From assembly GCA_965223155.1 (NCBI GenBank), contig CBDCVR010000013.1:800001-864000 (forward strand): a DNA stretch of 64,000 bases, given 5' to 3'. Positions 30,460 through 40,679 of the stretch are shown one piece after another. The notes beneath the pieces are model-generated. The model worked only from the letters and a program-made list of their open reading frames with translations. It did not search any database and was not told the DNA's origin. This DNA comes from Candidatus Multivoradales bacterium (GTDB lineage: Bacteria; Acidobacteriota; Thermoanaerobaculia; Multivoradales; JAHEKO01). The position numbers were made by a program, and so were the translations under genes. Position 1 is the stretch's first letter. Each line of letters starts with the position of its first letter.

Positions 30460-31608
30460 TCAATCGGACGGATCTTGGGCAGCTCCGGACGCCGTCGCGA
30501 GGCGCTCCTCGAAGCGCCGAACCCTGGAGTTCTCGGGATCCTGCTCGAGAGCCCGGTCCAACCAAACCCGGGCGCGCTCGAGGTCTCCCCGAGCCGCGGC
30601 GACACCACCCAGCGCGACCATCAACTCGGGTTCTTTCTTGCCCAGGCGCCGGCCCCGCCGGTAGAAGCGCTCGGCTTCATCCAGGGCCCCGCGCTCGAAG
30701 CTCAGGTCGCCCAGCGCCAGGTACACGAAGGGGTTCTTGGTCTTGAACCGATCCAGGAGATCCAGGAGCTCGGTCGCCCCTTGCCGGTCGCCCCGAAGGT
30801 GGTAGAGAGCCGCCAGGTTCTGGTACGCGGGCAGGAAGTCGTCTTCGACCTCGATCGCGCGCCGGTACGCGGACTCGGCCCGATCCGGCTGGCCGAGCCG
30901 GCGCGCCGCTACTCCCAAGTTGACCCAGGCGTCGGGCAGCTCAGGCTCGAGCTCGACGGCGGCCTCGAGCCAGGGCAGCGCCCGCGCGGCGTCGCCATCC
31001 CGCAGCAACTCGGCGCCGCGGTTGCTGTGGTAATACGCACGCGCCATCGCGTCGGTGATGCGCTCGGCACGCCGGTAGTCGACATCCGGCCCGACTTGAA
31101 ATTCCAGAATGCGCCGGTCGGGGCCGTCATCGAAGCCCACCGTGACATGGCCGGCGACGATCACCAAGTCGCCCTCCTTGCGGTAGGTCTCGCGGTCGCT
31201 GACGTCCATGTAGAAAGCGTCGATCTCGAGCTCCCGCGCCAGGGCCACCACCAGGTGGCTGTAGGCAAGGCAGTTGATCCGCCCGTGCCCGAACGCTTCC
31301 TCGGCGGTCGCGGTATGACCCTCAACGTAACGGATGCGCGGACCGGTCGGGTCGTACTGAAGAGCCTTCAAGAGCAGAGCCAGCCGGTCGAAGCTCCTGA
31401 GACCTGAAGGCACCACTCCAGCCGCCCAGGCGCTCATCTCCGCCGTGACCATGTCCGGCCGGATGGGTAGCTCCGGCAGGCGAGCTTCCAGGCCGGAAGC
31501 GGTCGCGGGGGGGCTGTCGGCGGCCGGGACCGGCCAAGCGGGCATCGGCGGCACGCCCAAGAGGCACGCGCCGAGAACCGCCACGAGCCTCAGCTCAGTC
31601 GATGTCAC
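30460..31608 (-). CDS. Secreted TPR protein with transglutaminase-like N-terminal domain
   Basis: Signal peptide; INCLAYS...AGHV Cys/His; TPR repeats AWVNLGVAARRLG, AYQNLAALY. Confidence 0.7.
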   Translation of the reverse strand: MTSTELRLVAVLGACLLGVPPMPAWPVPAADSPPATASGLEARLPELPIRPDMVTAEMSAWAAGVVPSGLRSFDRLALLLKALQYDPTGPRIRYVEGHTATAEEAFGHGRINCLAYSHLVVALARELEIDAFYMDVSDRETYRKEGDLVIVAGHVTVGFDDGPDRRILEFQVGPDVDYRRAERITDAMARAYYHSNRGAELLRDGDAARALPWLEAAVELEPELPDAWVNLGVAARRLGQPDRAESAYRRAIEVEDDFLPAYQNLAALYHLRGDRQGATELLDLLDRFKTKNPFVYLALGDLSFERGALDEAERFYRRGRRLGKKEPELMVALGGVAAARGDLERARVWLDRALEQDPENSRVRRFEERLATASGAAQDPSD

Positions 31609-31993
31609 CTCGCGCGCCCTGGAGACGCTGCTTGAGCTCGGCCAGAGACGCTACGTGCTTCTCCTGCTTTCCCACCACCGTCCGGAACACCTCCGCGGCC
31701 TCCTCCCCGTCCACGTCCCGAATCATCTTGGGATACAGAACCTGATTCTCGTAGCGCTCCTCGGCCAGGGCGTCGGCAATCGAGCGCTCGGCCGGGCGCA
31801 CCTGGCCCGCCGCCTCGAGCTGGCGGATGGCGAGAGCGTCCTTCTCGTGAGCCAGCTCGAGCCAGCGCTTCGAGAGATTCGCACGGCCCTCGCGCTCGGC
31901 GGCGCGGGCGTACGCTCGAAACTTGGCCGCGGCCGCGGCCTCACAGGCGAAACCGGTCTTCAGATGCTCTCTTGCTCGGGGTACTCGCGACAC
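31595..31993 (-). CDS. Rubrerythrin/ferritin-like four-helix protein
   Basis: LKTGFACEAAA...AEREG...EERYENQVLYPKM...QEKH; GTG start at 31993 inferred. Confidence 0.65.
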   Translation of the reverse strand: MSRVPRAREHLKTGFACEAAAAAKFRAYARAAEREGRANLSKRWLELAHEKDALAIRQLEAAGQVRPAERSIADALAEERYENQVLYPKMIRDVDGEEAAEVFRTVVGKQEKHVASLAELKQRLQGARGDID

Positions 31994-32160
31994 GCGTTGG
32001 CTCCTCGCCGCCTTCGGCTCTCCGCTAAGATCCTGGCAGGATCGTCCTCCTCGTGCAACTCGGAGGAATCGGGAGTCTACCAAGACCGGACCCTCTCCGA
32101 AGAGAATCGCGATCCGAAGAAAACGCAACTCGGAAAGGCCCGATCTCGTAAGGCGATACA

Positions 32161-34125
32161 GTGGCTACCTCGCACTCCAAGCACCCCTGGCTGCGCCGGA
32201 TCCTGCTCCTTGCCGCCTTTCTGGTCGGCGCCATCGCCTTGGTCTCGGGCCTGGCCGGCTATCTGTTCGGCTCGTCTTCGATCATACTGGCGGCGGAGCT
32301 CCTGTTCGCAGGCGCCTTGTTGCTGTTCCTGTTCTGGGGCTCCTGGTGGCTGATCCGCAAGTTCCTCTGGCGCGTCGGGCGCCGGCTGGCGTTCTCCTAC
32401 TTCCTGATCGGAGTGCTGCCCATCCCTATGGTGGCGGCCTTGACTCTGCTGCTCGCCTATTTGATCTCCGGGTTCTTTCTGGGCCACGTCTACCGCGACA
32501 CGATGGCGGCGCTCCAAGACGACCTCGCCGCCACCGCCGAAGCCTTGGTCGAGGGCCGCGAGCCCACCGAACGAGTTCCCGGCACCGAGCGCATGACCGC
32601 TCTCTACCGGGATGGGCACCGCGTCTCCGGTGCGGCCAGTCTGCCGTCGCTTTGGCCGGAAGCGCTCGATGGCTCGAGCTACCTCGAAATCGGCGACGGC
32701 GAAACCACGCTCATGGGATCGGCCCAACGCGGCCGGCACCAAGCCCTGGTGGTCTACTCGGGCGATCTGGCCGCCGAACTGAGACGCAGGGGCAAGATCT
32801 GGGTCGATTTTTCCCGCTCGGACGACCCCGAGCGCAAGTCGCGCGTCCGCATCAACTGGAATGGGCGCGAGTACGCGCTGCAGCCGCTCCTGGCAAGCCG
32901 CGGCTCGAAGGAGCGCGCCCGGTATTTCGCCGGCCAGGCCAAGACCAACCTCCTCGCCGATCAGCCCATCCTGTGGTGGAGCGACGTCTCGACCGCTTTG
33001 CCCCGGCTGGCGACCGGCGACACCACCGAAGAGTCGGTCACCGCGACCTTGAACGCCACCCCCCGCGCCGTCGCCCGCTACCTGCACTCCAGCTCGGCGG
33101 AGGTGGACACCGCCGCCTGGGCGGCCCTGATCTCGGCGGCCAGCCTCCTGACCGCCATCTATTCAATCGCGGTGGCGATGGCGCTGTTCATGATCTTCAC
33201 GGTGAGCCGAGCCGTGAATCGCCTCAGCCGGGCGACCGAAGCGGTCCAGGCCGGCGACTTCTCCACCCGGATTCCGGTACGCCGCACCGATCAGCTCGGC
33301 GAGCTGCAGCGCTCCTTCAATTCCATGGCCGGCAACCTGGAGGAGCTCGTCGCCACCTCGGCGCAAAAGGAGATCCTGGAAAAGGAGCTAGCCATCGCGC
33401 GCGACTTGCAGCAGAGCCTGCTGCCGTCCAACCTGCCGCGCTCGGAAGCGGTCGAGTTCTCGACCCTGTTCGAGCCCAGCGCCGCCATCGGCGGCGACTA
33501 CTTCGACATCCTCCGCGTGGACGACACCCGGATCGCGGTGGTGATCGCCGACGTCTCGGGCCACGGCCTGCCCACCGGCCTGCGCATGGCCATGATCAAG
33601 GCCGCCCTGGGGATTCTGGTGGAGGAGGAAAAGGAGCCCCGGGAGATCCTCAGCCGGCTCAGCCACATGGTGCGCTCGGAACGCGAGGACCGCTTTTTCG
33701 TTACCGCAACCGTTGCGGTAGTGGACTTCGCCGACGGCACCGTCGATCTCACCAACGCCGGGCATCCCCCCACGTATCGCGTCCGGGACGGCGAGGTCGA
33801 AGAGATCTTGCTGCCCGGCAATCCTCTGGGAGCGCTAGGCGAGGACTACGGCAACGACCTTCTCCGGCTCGAGCCCGGGGACCTTCTCGTCTGGCTGTCC
33901 GACGGCCTCATCGAGATCGTGGATCCGGACGGCGAGCCCTTCGGCTACGACGGCATCGTCGAGGCTCTCTCGGGCGTCGAGGCCAGCGCCGAGATCGCCC
34001 GCAACCGCATCGTCCAAGCGGTCGAACACCACGCCCAGGGACTTCCCGCCCAGGACGATCAGACACTCGTGGTGATGCGCTACAAAGCGGCGACGCTGTC
34101 CGGCGACAGCCCCAAGAACCCGTAG
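32161..34125 (+). CDS. Membrane HAMP + SpoIIE/PP2C (RsbU-like) phosphatase
   Basis: [17 protein letters not shown]; [31 protein letters not shown]. Confidence 0.9.
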   Translation: MATSHSKHPWLRRILLLAAFLVGAIALVSGLAGYLFGSSSIILAAELLFAGALLLFLFWGSWWLIRKFLWRVGRRLAFSYFLIGVLPIPMVAALTLLLAYLISGFFLGHVYRDTMAALQDDLAATAEALVEGREPTERVPGTERMTALYRDGHRVSGAASLPSLWPEALDGSSYLEIGDGETTLMGSAQRGRHQALVVYSGDLAAELRRRGKIWVDFSRSDDPERKSRVRINWNGREYALQPLLASRGSKERARYFAGQAKTNLLADQPILWWSDVSTALPRLATGDTTEESVTATLNATPRAVARYLHSSSAEVDTAAWAALISAASLLTAIYSIAVAMALFMIFTVSRAVNRLSRATEAVQAGDFSTRIPVRRTDQLGELQRSFNSMAGNLEELVATSAQKEILEKELAIARDLQQSLLPSNLPRSEAVEFSTLFEPSAAIGGDYFDILRVDDTRIAVVIADVSGHGLPTGLRMAMIKAALGILVEEEKEPREILSRLSHMVRSEREDRFFVTATVAVVDFADGTVDLTNAGHPPTYRVRDGEVEEILLPGNPLGALGEDYGNDLLRLEPGDLLVWLSDGLIEIVDPDGEPFGYDGIVEALSGVEASAEIARNRIVQAVEHHAQGLPAQDDQTLVVMRYKAATLSGDSPKNP

Positions 34126-34796
34126 ATCCGCCGGATGTAGGTGCGGGTCTCGCGAAATGGGGGCACGCCGCCGTAGCGCTTGACGTTGGCTTCGCCCGCG
34201 TTGTAGGCAGCCAGAATGCGCGGCAGATCGTCGCCGTAGCGATCGATCAGCCAGGCCAGATAGGTGGTCCCCGCTTCGATGTTGGCTTCGGGGTTGAAGA
34301 GATTGGCCGGCGAGACGCCGAAGCGGTGGGCGGTGGCCGGCATCAGCTGCATGAGGCCTCGCGCGCCCTTGATCGACACGGCGCGCTCGTCGAAGGCGGA
34401 CTCGGCGCGCACGATCGCCGCGACCAGGGCGGGATTCAGATCATGCCGCTCGGCCGCGGTGAAAATGAGCTCGCCGAAGGGCGTCTCGGGAACCGAGTCG
34501 TCCTGGGTAAAACCCAACGAGATAGACGTGGCCTGACCGGAGTCACCGGCGGGCGCGGCGGCCTCTGGCTCCGGCCACTCCACCTCGTCGTCCACGATGC
34601 GCTCGACCGAGCCCAGGCCCACCCGCATCGCGCCCCCGGAAGCGAAGCGCAAGACCACGGCCTCGCCTTCGACCCGGAAGCCCTCCACGCGCAGGAAATG
34701 TCCGCCCGAGAAGACCACCAGGTCGCCGGCGCTGGGCAACGCCGAGAAGACGAGAGCGGCCACGGCCACGAGCAACCTGGCGGGGGGCTTTCCCAT
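34080..34796 (-). CDS. Lytic transglycosylase (SLT domain)
   Basis: [25 protein letters not shown]; ATG 34796 precedes a signal peptide. Confidence 0.9.
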   Translation of the reverse strand: MGKPPARLLVAVAALVFSALPSAGDLVVFSGGHFLRVEGFRVEGEAVVLRFASGGAMRVGLGSVERIVDDEVEWPEPEAAAPAGDSGQATSISLGFTQDDSVPETPFGELIFTAAERHDLNPALVAAIVRAESAFDERAVSIKGARGLMQLMPATAHRFGVSPANLFNPEANIEAGTTYLAWLIDRYGDDLPRILAAYNAGEANVKRYGGVPPFRETRTYIRRIYGFLGLSPDSVAAL

Positions 34797-34918
34797 GCGG
34801 CCGATTCTACTGAACCGGCTTCCGCAAGCCCGTCGCGGCGACCCAGCGAATCCCAATAGCCGAAAAGCGTTCCTGTTCTCCCGGGCCTCCGGGTGGCTCC
34901 AGGGGGCCGGACGGGACG

Positions 34919-35851
34919 CTAGGAGCGCGGGTGAAACCGATCGTACAGGCTGCGCAGCCGTTGCTCGTGAATGTGGGTGTAGATCTGGGTGGTCGAGATA
35001 TCGGCGTGGCCTAGCATGGCCTGCACCGAGCGCAGGTCGGCGCCGTGCTCCAGCAAGTGTGTCGCGAAGCTGTGGCGCAGGACGTGCGGCGAGAGATCGG
35101 GTACCCCGATCCTGGCCCCGTAGCCGCGCAGGATCTTCCAGAAGCCTTGCCGGGTCATGCCTCGGCCTAGCCGGCTCACGAAGACCGTCCCGTGGCGGCC
35201 CCGAGCCAGCTCCGGGCGCACCTCGGCCAGGTACCGGCCGACCCACTCCTCGGCCGCCTCCCCCATCGGCACCATGCGCTCCCGGCTGCCCTTGCCCAGC
35301 ACCACCACGAAGCCCAGATCCAGCCGCACCTGAGAGACTTCCAGTCCGACCAGCTCGCTCACGCGCAAGCCACAGGCGTACACGAGCTCTAGCATGGCCC
35401 GGTCGCGCAGGCCGAGCAGAGTCTCGACGTCCGGCGCGGCCAGCAAGCGCTCGACGTCGCCCTCGCGCAGCACCCTGGGCAGGCGGCGCCAAAGCTTCGG
35501 TAGCTCCAGATTGACCGCGGGATCATCCGTTCGGTCTCCGATCTCGACCAGGTGCGCGTAGAAGCCGCGAACGGCCACCAGAGCCCGGCGTACGCTCGCC
35601 GGAGCGAGGCCGCGCCCCCGTAGCCCCCGCAGATGAGCGGTCAGCTCCTCGGTCCGAGCCGTCAGTAAGTCGCCGCCGGCCTCGTCCAGGGTGTCCGCAA
35701 GTTGGCCCAGATCCCGCCGGTAGGCGAGCACGGTGTTGCGGGCCAGGCCGCGCTCCAGAGCCAGGGCTTCCAGGAACCGCTCCAAGGCCCGCCTGCCGGG
35801 CGTGTCTCGCGGCCGCGAACTCGCCTCGCCGGCGTTCCGCCGCCCGGTCAA
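34919..35851 (-). CDS. xerD: Site-specific tyrosine recombinase XerD
   Basis: [52 protein letters not shown]. Confidence 0.9.
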   Translation of the reverse strand: MTGRRNAGEASSRPRDTPGRRALERFLEALALERGLARNTVLAYRRDLGQLADTLDEAGGDLLTARTEELTAHLRGLRGRGLAPASVRRALVAVRGFYAHLVEIGDRTDDPAVNLELPKLWRRLPRVLREGDVERLLAAPDVETLLGLRDRAMLELVYACGLRVSELVGLEVSQVRLDLGFVVVLGKGSRERMVPMGEAAEEWVGRYLAEVRPELARGRHGTVFVSRLGRGMTRQGFWKILRGYGARIGVPDLSPHVLRHSFATHLLEHGADLRSVQAMLGHADISTTQIYTHIHEQRLRSLYDRFHPRS

Positions 35852-37098
35852 GACCGCGGCCGGGCGCCGTGGCGCGCGCAGATCGCGGTGATGTCGGCTT
35901 CCGCCAGCACGGTCTCCGAATCCTTGGCGCTGCCGAAGATCTCGGTCACCAGGGCTTCGGACGCCTCATAGCCGCGGCGTTCCAGCCAGTAGACGACATT
36001 CGACTGGCCGCTCATCGGTCCGATCTCGATCTCCTGGTAGCGGCCGATCCAGGCCGCGGGCACTCCGGAGTAAATCCGGTCGGCCAGCCAGTCGTCTCCT
36101 TTGGCGTGGGCCTTGATAATCGCCGCCGCGTGGACGCCGGTGCCGGTGCGAAAGGCGTCCCGGCCCAGCACCGGATAGTTGTCGGTCAAGGGCACGCCGG
36201 TCGCCCGCGCCACCAGCTCGCAATAGGCGGGAAGCTCGGTCAGATCAGAGTCGATCCAGCCCAGAAGCTTGAGGTTCACCAGGAGAAGGTCCATGGGCGT
36301 ATTGCCCACGCGCTCGCCAATGCCCAGAGCCGTTGCGTGCAGACGGTCCGCACCGGCGCGAGCCGCGGCAATCGAATTCTCGATAGCCAGGCCCCGGTCC
36401 CGGTGCCCGTGCCAGTCGACGGCGACGCCTTCGGCCACCTCGTCCACCGCCCGGCGCACGAAGGCCACCACCCGGGCGGCTCCGCGGGGCGTCGCGTGCC
36501 CGACCGTGTCGGCGACGCACACCCGCCGGGCTCCCGCCCGGACGGCGGTTTGGTACAGCTTCTCGAGGTCCGTCGGGGCCGCTCGGGTGGTGTCCTCGGT
36601 CACGAACATGCAGGGCAGATCGTGGCTCACGGCCAGGCCCACGGCCTCTTCGGTCAACTCCAGGAGCCGGTCCAGAGTCCAGTTCTCGGCGAACTGGCGG
36701 ATCGGGCTGGAGCCCAGAAAGCAGGCGACCTCGATCGGCGTTCCAGCCGCCTGCGAGCATTCCACGATAGGCAGGATGTCCTGGCGCAGCGTGCGGGCGG
36801 CGCAGTTGGGCGCCAGGGCCAGGTCATGCTCGACGATCTCTCGCGCCAGGCGAGTCACCGAGCGGACGACGTGGGGCCCGGCTCCCGGCAAGCCGATGTT
36901 GGCCGAGTGGATGCCCAGCTCGGCCATCTTGTGCAGAATCTCGACCTTTTGCTCCAGGCTGGGATCCAGCACCGAAGGCGACTGCAACCCGTCCCGGAGG
37001 GTCTCGTCGTTGAGCTCGACGGCGCCGCCGAGCGGCGGCTCCTCGCCGCCGCCGGCCTCGTTCCAGTCGTGAATCAGGGCCTCGTCCGGTCCGGACAT
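35848..37098 (-). CDS. LeuA-family (2-isopropylmalate/homocitrate/citramalate synthase-like) enzyme without regulatory domain
   Basis: DETLRDGLQ, ADTVG, HGHRDRG, GIGERVGN. Confidence 0.82.
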   Translation of the reverse strand: MSGPDEALIHDWNEAGGGEEPPLGGAVELNDETLRDGLQSPSVLDPSLEQKVEILHKMAELGIHSANIGLPGAGPHVVRSVTRLAREIVEHDLALAPNCAARTLRQDILPIVECSQAAGTPIEVACFLGSSPIRQFAENWTLDRLLELTEEAVGLAVSHDLPCMFVTEDTTRAAPTDLEKLYQTAVRAGARRVCVADTVGHATPRGAARVVAFVRRAVDEVAEGVAVDWHGHRDRGLAIENSIAAARAGADRLHATALGIGERVGNTPMDLLLVNLKLLGWIDSDLTELPAYCELVARATGVPLTDNYPVLGRDAFRTGTGVHAAAIIKAHAKGDDWLADRIYSGVPAAWIGRYQEIEIGPMSGQSNVVYWLERRGYEASEALVTEIFGSAKDSETVLAEADITAICARHGARPRS

Positions 37099-37143
37099 CG
37101 AACCGATCTTACAGGGAAGCGGCGGCGGACCCGGGAGCCGGGC

Positions 37144-38235
37144 TCAGGAAGCCGGAGCGGTCTCGGCCGCGGCCAGCGCCGCCGCCAGGGCGTCTCCGAC
37201 CTCGGAGGTGGTCGCCTTGCCGCCTAGATCCGGAGTGGTGAGGCCCGCACGGATGGTCTCGGCTACTGCCTCTTCCACCGCCGCCGCCGCCTCGGCGTGC
37301 CCCAGCTCGGCCAGCATCAGGCTCACCGACAGAACCGCGGCAACCGGATTGGCGCGGCCCGTGCCCACGTACTTGGGGGCCGAACCGTGCACGGGCTCGA
37401 ACATCGAGGTCCTGCCGGGATGCAGATTGGCCGACGCCGCGATCCCCAGCCCGCCCTCGAGCGCGGCGCCCAGGTCGGTAACGATGTCCCCGAACATGTT
37501 GGTGGTCACAATGACGTCGAAGGACTCGGGCCTGCGCACCAGTTGCATGGTGAGCGCGTCCACGAACAGGTGCCGCGGCTCGATCTCGGGATAGCGTTCC
37601 GCGACCTCGTAGAAGGTCCGTTGCCAGAGATCGTGACCGTAGCGCATGACGTTCGACTTGTCCGACATGCACACGCTCTTGCGGCCGTGCCGGCGAGCGT
37701 ACTCGAAGGCCGCCACCACCACCCGCTCGACCCCCTTGCGCGAGTACACGCACTCCTGAAGCGCGATCTCGTCGGCGGTGCCCTGCTTGAAGTTGCCGCC
37801 GACGCCGACATAGGCGCCTTCGGTGTTCTCCCGGAACACCACGAAGTTGATGTCGTTCTTGGTCTTGCCCTTGAGCGGGCAGAGCCGGTCGTCGAGCAGC
37901 TTGATCGGGCGGAAGTTGATGTAGAGATCCAGCCCGAAGCGGATCCCTAGCAGGATGTCCGCCGCGTGCTTCATGTCGGGCACCCTGGGGTCGCCGTAGG
38001 CGCCGATGAGGATGGCCTCGAAGTTGTCCCGGAAGTCCTCGAGCGCGCCGTCGGGCATGGTCTCGCCGGTCTCGAGGTAACGATCCGCGTTCCAAGGCAG
38101 CTCGACGACATCGAAGTCGAGATCCCAGCGCCCGGCCACCGCGTCCAAAACCTTGAGAGCCTCGCGGGTGACGTCGACGCCGATGCCGTCGCCGGCCAGG
38201 ACAGCGATTCGTTGGAACTGCTTCGAGCCGGTCAT
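37144..38235 (-). CDS. leuB: 3-isopropylmalate/isocitrate/tartrate dehydrogenase family protein
   Basis: GDGIG, FRENTEG, DKSNV, NMFGDIVTD, FEPVHGSAP. Confidence 0.78.
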   Translation of the reverse strand: MTGSKQFQRIAVLAGDGIGVDVTREALKVLDAVAGRWDLDFDVVELPWNADRYLETGETMPDGALEDFRDNFEAILIGAYGDPRVPDMKHAADILLGIRFGLDLYINFRPIKLLDDRLCPLKGKTKNDINFVVFRENTEGAYVGVGGNFKQGTADEIALQECVYSRKGVERVVVAAFEYARRHGRKSVCMSDKSNVMRYGHDLWQRTFYEVAERYPEIEPRHLFVDALTMQLVRRPESFDVIVTTNMFGDIVTDLGAALEGGLGIAASANLHPGRTSMFEPVHGSAPKYVGTGRANPVAAVLSVSLMLAELGHAEAAAAVEEAVAETIRAGLTTPDLGGKATTSEVGDALAAALAAAETAPAS

Positions 38236-38240
38236 TCCGC

Positions 38241-39413
38241 TCAGCCTCCTCCGACCAGCCGGCACAAGTGCCCTGTCAGGATCGCCAGGTAGTTGCCCAG
38301 CGCATACCCGATGAGCGCCATCAGGATCGAGGCGGGCACCAGGCTCTCGCGATGGTAGGCGGCGACCACGGGCGCGGACGCGGCGCCACCGACGTTGGCC
38401 GCCGAGGCGATCGCCGCGCTATGAACGTCAACCTTGAACAACCAGGCGCCGGCGAGACAGAAGAGGCCGTGAATGGCTATCCAGATGGCGGCTCCAGCCA
38501 GAAAGGCCGGCGCCTCCCGAAAGCCGGCCAGCGACGCGGTCGCGCCCATGCGCGCCACGAAGACGTAGAGGATGGCCATGGCCAGCTCGTGGGAGCCGGG
38601 AATGGACTTGGCGGCCGTAAACGACAGAGCGATACCCAGCGTCGTGACCAGCAAGACCACCCAGGTCGAGGTCGAGATCACGGTCTCGCCGCCGAGCTGC
38701 ACCTCCGGCAGCCGCGGCGCCAGCCAGCCGGAGAACCAGGTCGCCGCCATGGCGATGACGCCCAGATTCAGGTAGTCCTTGAAGTTCGCGGGCCGGGCCT
38801 CGCGCACCTCGGCTTGAGCGGCGGCCTCCATGCGCGCAATCCGGTCTTCGGCGACGCCGGTCCAGCGGTTGAATCGGTCGGCGAAGTTCTTGGACAGCAG
38901 CAGCAGTGGCAGCCAACCGACGTAGATGACGGTGTCGGCCAGGACCGCCAGACCGAACTGATCGCTGGGCGTCTCGAGGGCCGCCGCCGCCGCGGCCATG
39001 TTGCCGGTCCCCCCGATCCAACTCCCGGCCAGTGTCCCGAAACCCTTCCAGGTCTCCGGACCCAGCCAGGCCTTGACCGCAAGAAACCCGACCGGAGCGC
39101 CGACCACGATTCCGACCGTGCCCAGGAGCATGACGAAGATGCCCCGGCCCATGATCCGGACCGCCGCCCCGACGTCGACCGAAAGGAGCAACAGCACGAT
39201 GACCACCGGCAGGCCGTAGGTGCGCAGCACGTCGTAGGCCGGCGAAGAATTCGGCAGCACGCCCACGTTGCGCAGGACCACCGGGATCGCGTAGATCCAG
39301 ATTAGCGGCACCACGTACTGGAAAAGCCGCCACCCGGTCGTCTTCTCGAGCCAAAAGAAAAACGCCGCGATCCCTATCAGCGCGGCCATGACGGCTCCAG
39401 GCGACTCGATCAT
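38241..39413 (-). CDS. DUF819 family membrane protein
   Basis: Polytopic; GSWIGGTGNM and ASAANVGG motifs. Confidence 0.8.
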   Translation of the reverse strand: MIESPGAVMAALIGIAAFFFWLEKTTGWRLFQYVVPLIWIYAIPVVLRNVGVLPNSSPAYDVLRTYGLPVVIVLLLLSVDVGAAVRIMGRGIFVMLLGTVGIVVGAPVGFLAVKAWLGPETWKGFGTLAGSWIGGTGNMAAAAAALETPSDQFGLAVLADTVIYVGWLPLLLLSKNFADRFNRWTGVAEDRIARMEAAAQAEVREARPANFKDYLNLGVIAMAATWFSGWLAPRLPEVQLGGETVISTSTWVVLLVTTLGIALSFTAAKSIPGSHELAMAILYVFVARMGATASLAGFREAPAFLAGAAIWIAIHGLFCLAGAWLFKVDVHSAAIASAANVGGAASAPVVAAYHRESLVPASILMALIGYALGNYLAILTGHLCRLVGGG

Positions 39414-39478
39414 GCGGGCGGAAACATATCAGAGCGGCCCTTCGGCGCGCCCACCCTCACGTCGATCGCCGGCTCGCC

Positions 39479-40234
39479 TCAGCCGACCGCCGGGATCCCG
39501 GGGCCCACTGCCGGCTCGGTCTCGGCCAAGTACTCGAAGGACGCCTCCAGCCGACTCTCCAGCCAGGCCGAGTGCACATGGAGCCCAGCCGCCGCCTCGG
39601 GCTCGCCGCCGGCCGCCTCTAGGGCCGCCGGGACCAAGCTGGTGCCAGCCAAGTCCACCGCTAGCGGCAGAGGCGCCGGGGCATCCGCGGCGATCTCGGT
39701 CCGCCGAAGCCTGCCCCGCGTCCAGCTCACGTCGGCCCGCGCCCGGAAGTAGCGCACCGTCCGCTCCCAACCACCCCCGAGAGGCTCGGATGGAACCTCG
39801 GGAGGCGCGGGCCGGGCCCGGACGTCGAGCGTTGCGCCCGCCGCGACCGACCAGCTCCAGGAGTCGCCGCGCGTGCCGGGAGCGCCGAGCTCCGGATAGG
39901 CGAACCGCGCCGCCCGGGCCAACTTCCCGGCCACCAGGCGCGCGCTGGGAAGCACCCAGTGCGGCAGGTAAACGGCGAAGACCCAGGCCAGGGGCGTGCC
40001 GTCGGCGGCCGTACAGCAAGCTTGCAGCTTGCACTCAGGAACGTTCATCCGTGTCAGCGCCGCCGGCGGCAAGGGGCTTTCTTGGCGGAAGAGCAGGGCG
40101 GATACGAAGACCCGAGGATCTCCGGTGCCGGCCGGCCGGTCGTAGCGCAGGCCGGGAGGCGGATCGGGCAGAACCTCCGCCGCCAGCGCCCAGTTGATCC
40201 TCAGGCAGTCATGAATCGCGGTCCGGAACACCAA
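39479..40234 (-). CDS. Hypothetical protein (DUF2071-like)
   Basis: Fills the gap in a minus-strand run; INWAL...LPDPPPGL N-terminus resembles DUF2071. Confidence 0.45.
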   Translation of the reverse strand: MVFRTAIHDCLRINWALAAEVLPDPPPGLRYDRPAGTGDPRVFVSALLFRQESPLPPAALTRMNVPECKLQACCTAADGTPLAWVFAVYLPHWVLPSARLVAGKLARAARFAYPELGAPGTRGDSWSWSVAAGATLDVRARPAPPEVPSEPLGGGWERTVRYFRARADVSWTRGRLRRTEIAADAPAPLPLAVDLAGTSLVPAALEAAGGEPEAAAGLHVHSAWLESRLEASFEYLAETEPAVGPGIPAVG

Positions 40235-40362
40235 CGCCGGCGGTCTCCACTCCTAGCAGCTCGTCGTACACGTCGAAGGGTCGCATCGTTTGCGCTACGG
40301 CACTGGATCTCGGACGCCGCACGCCCGGTCCAACCCCGCCTCCGCGCGGGCGGCCCGCTTCC

Positions 40363-40665
40363 TTATTCGGACTCGTCTCCGCCATCCGCCTCGACAGGCA
40401 GGTCCTTATGGGCCCCGTCGCAGTAAGGCGGCCCGGCCGTGTGCTTGCACTGGCACAGGGCGACGCGCTTGGGCTCGTCCAGATCGAACCGCATGGGTCG
40501 AAACGAGGTCCCCTTGTGGGAGCCGTCGCAAAACGGCTGCCTGGTCGAGCGGCCGCACACGCACCAGAAGTGCCTTCCCGCGTCGAGCTCCAGAACCGCC
40601 GGCATGCGCGCCGCGATCTCCGGCGTTTCGTCTCCGGCTTCGTCCTTGATCTCTAGGTCAGCCAT
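40363..40665 (-). CDS. CDGSH iron-sulfur domain protein (two CDGSH motifs)
   Basis: WCVCGRS..QPFCDGSHK and LCQCK...PPYCDGAHK; AAGGAGG RBS before ATG 40665. Confidence 0.9.
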   Translation of the reverse strand: MADLEIKDEAGDETPEIAARMPAVLELDAGRHFWCVCGRSTRQPFCDGSHKGTSFRPMRFDLDEPKRVALCQCKHTAGPPYCDGAHKDLPVEADGGDESE

Positions 40666-40679
40666 CGGCACCTCCTTGG

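Noticed and set aside
30460-31608. Transglutaminase-like TPR protein as the missing lasso B2 peptidase
   Set aside because: It has a signal peptide and TPR tail, lies about 20 kb from both clusters and does not resemble the short cytoplasmic B2 proteins
34919-35851. Phage or island integrase
   Set aside because: XerD-like sequence in housekeeping context; no att repeats, tRNA or phage genes seen
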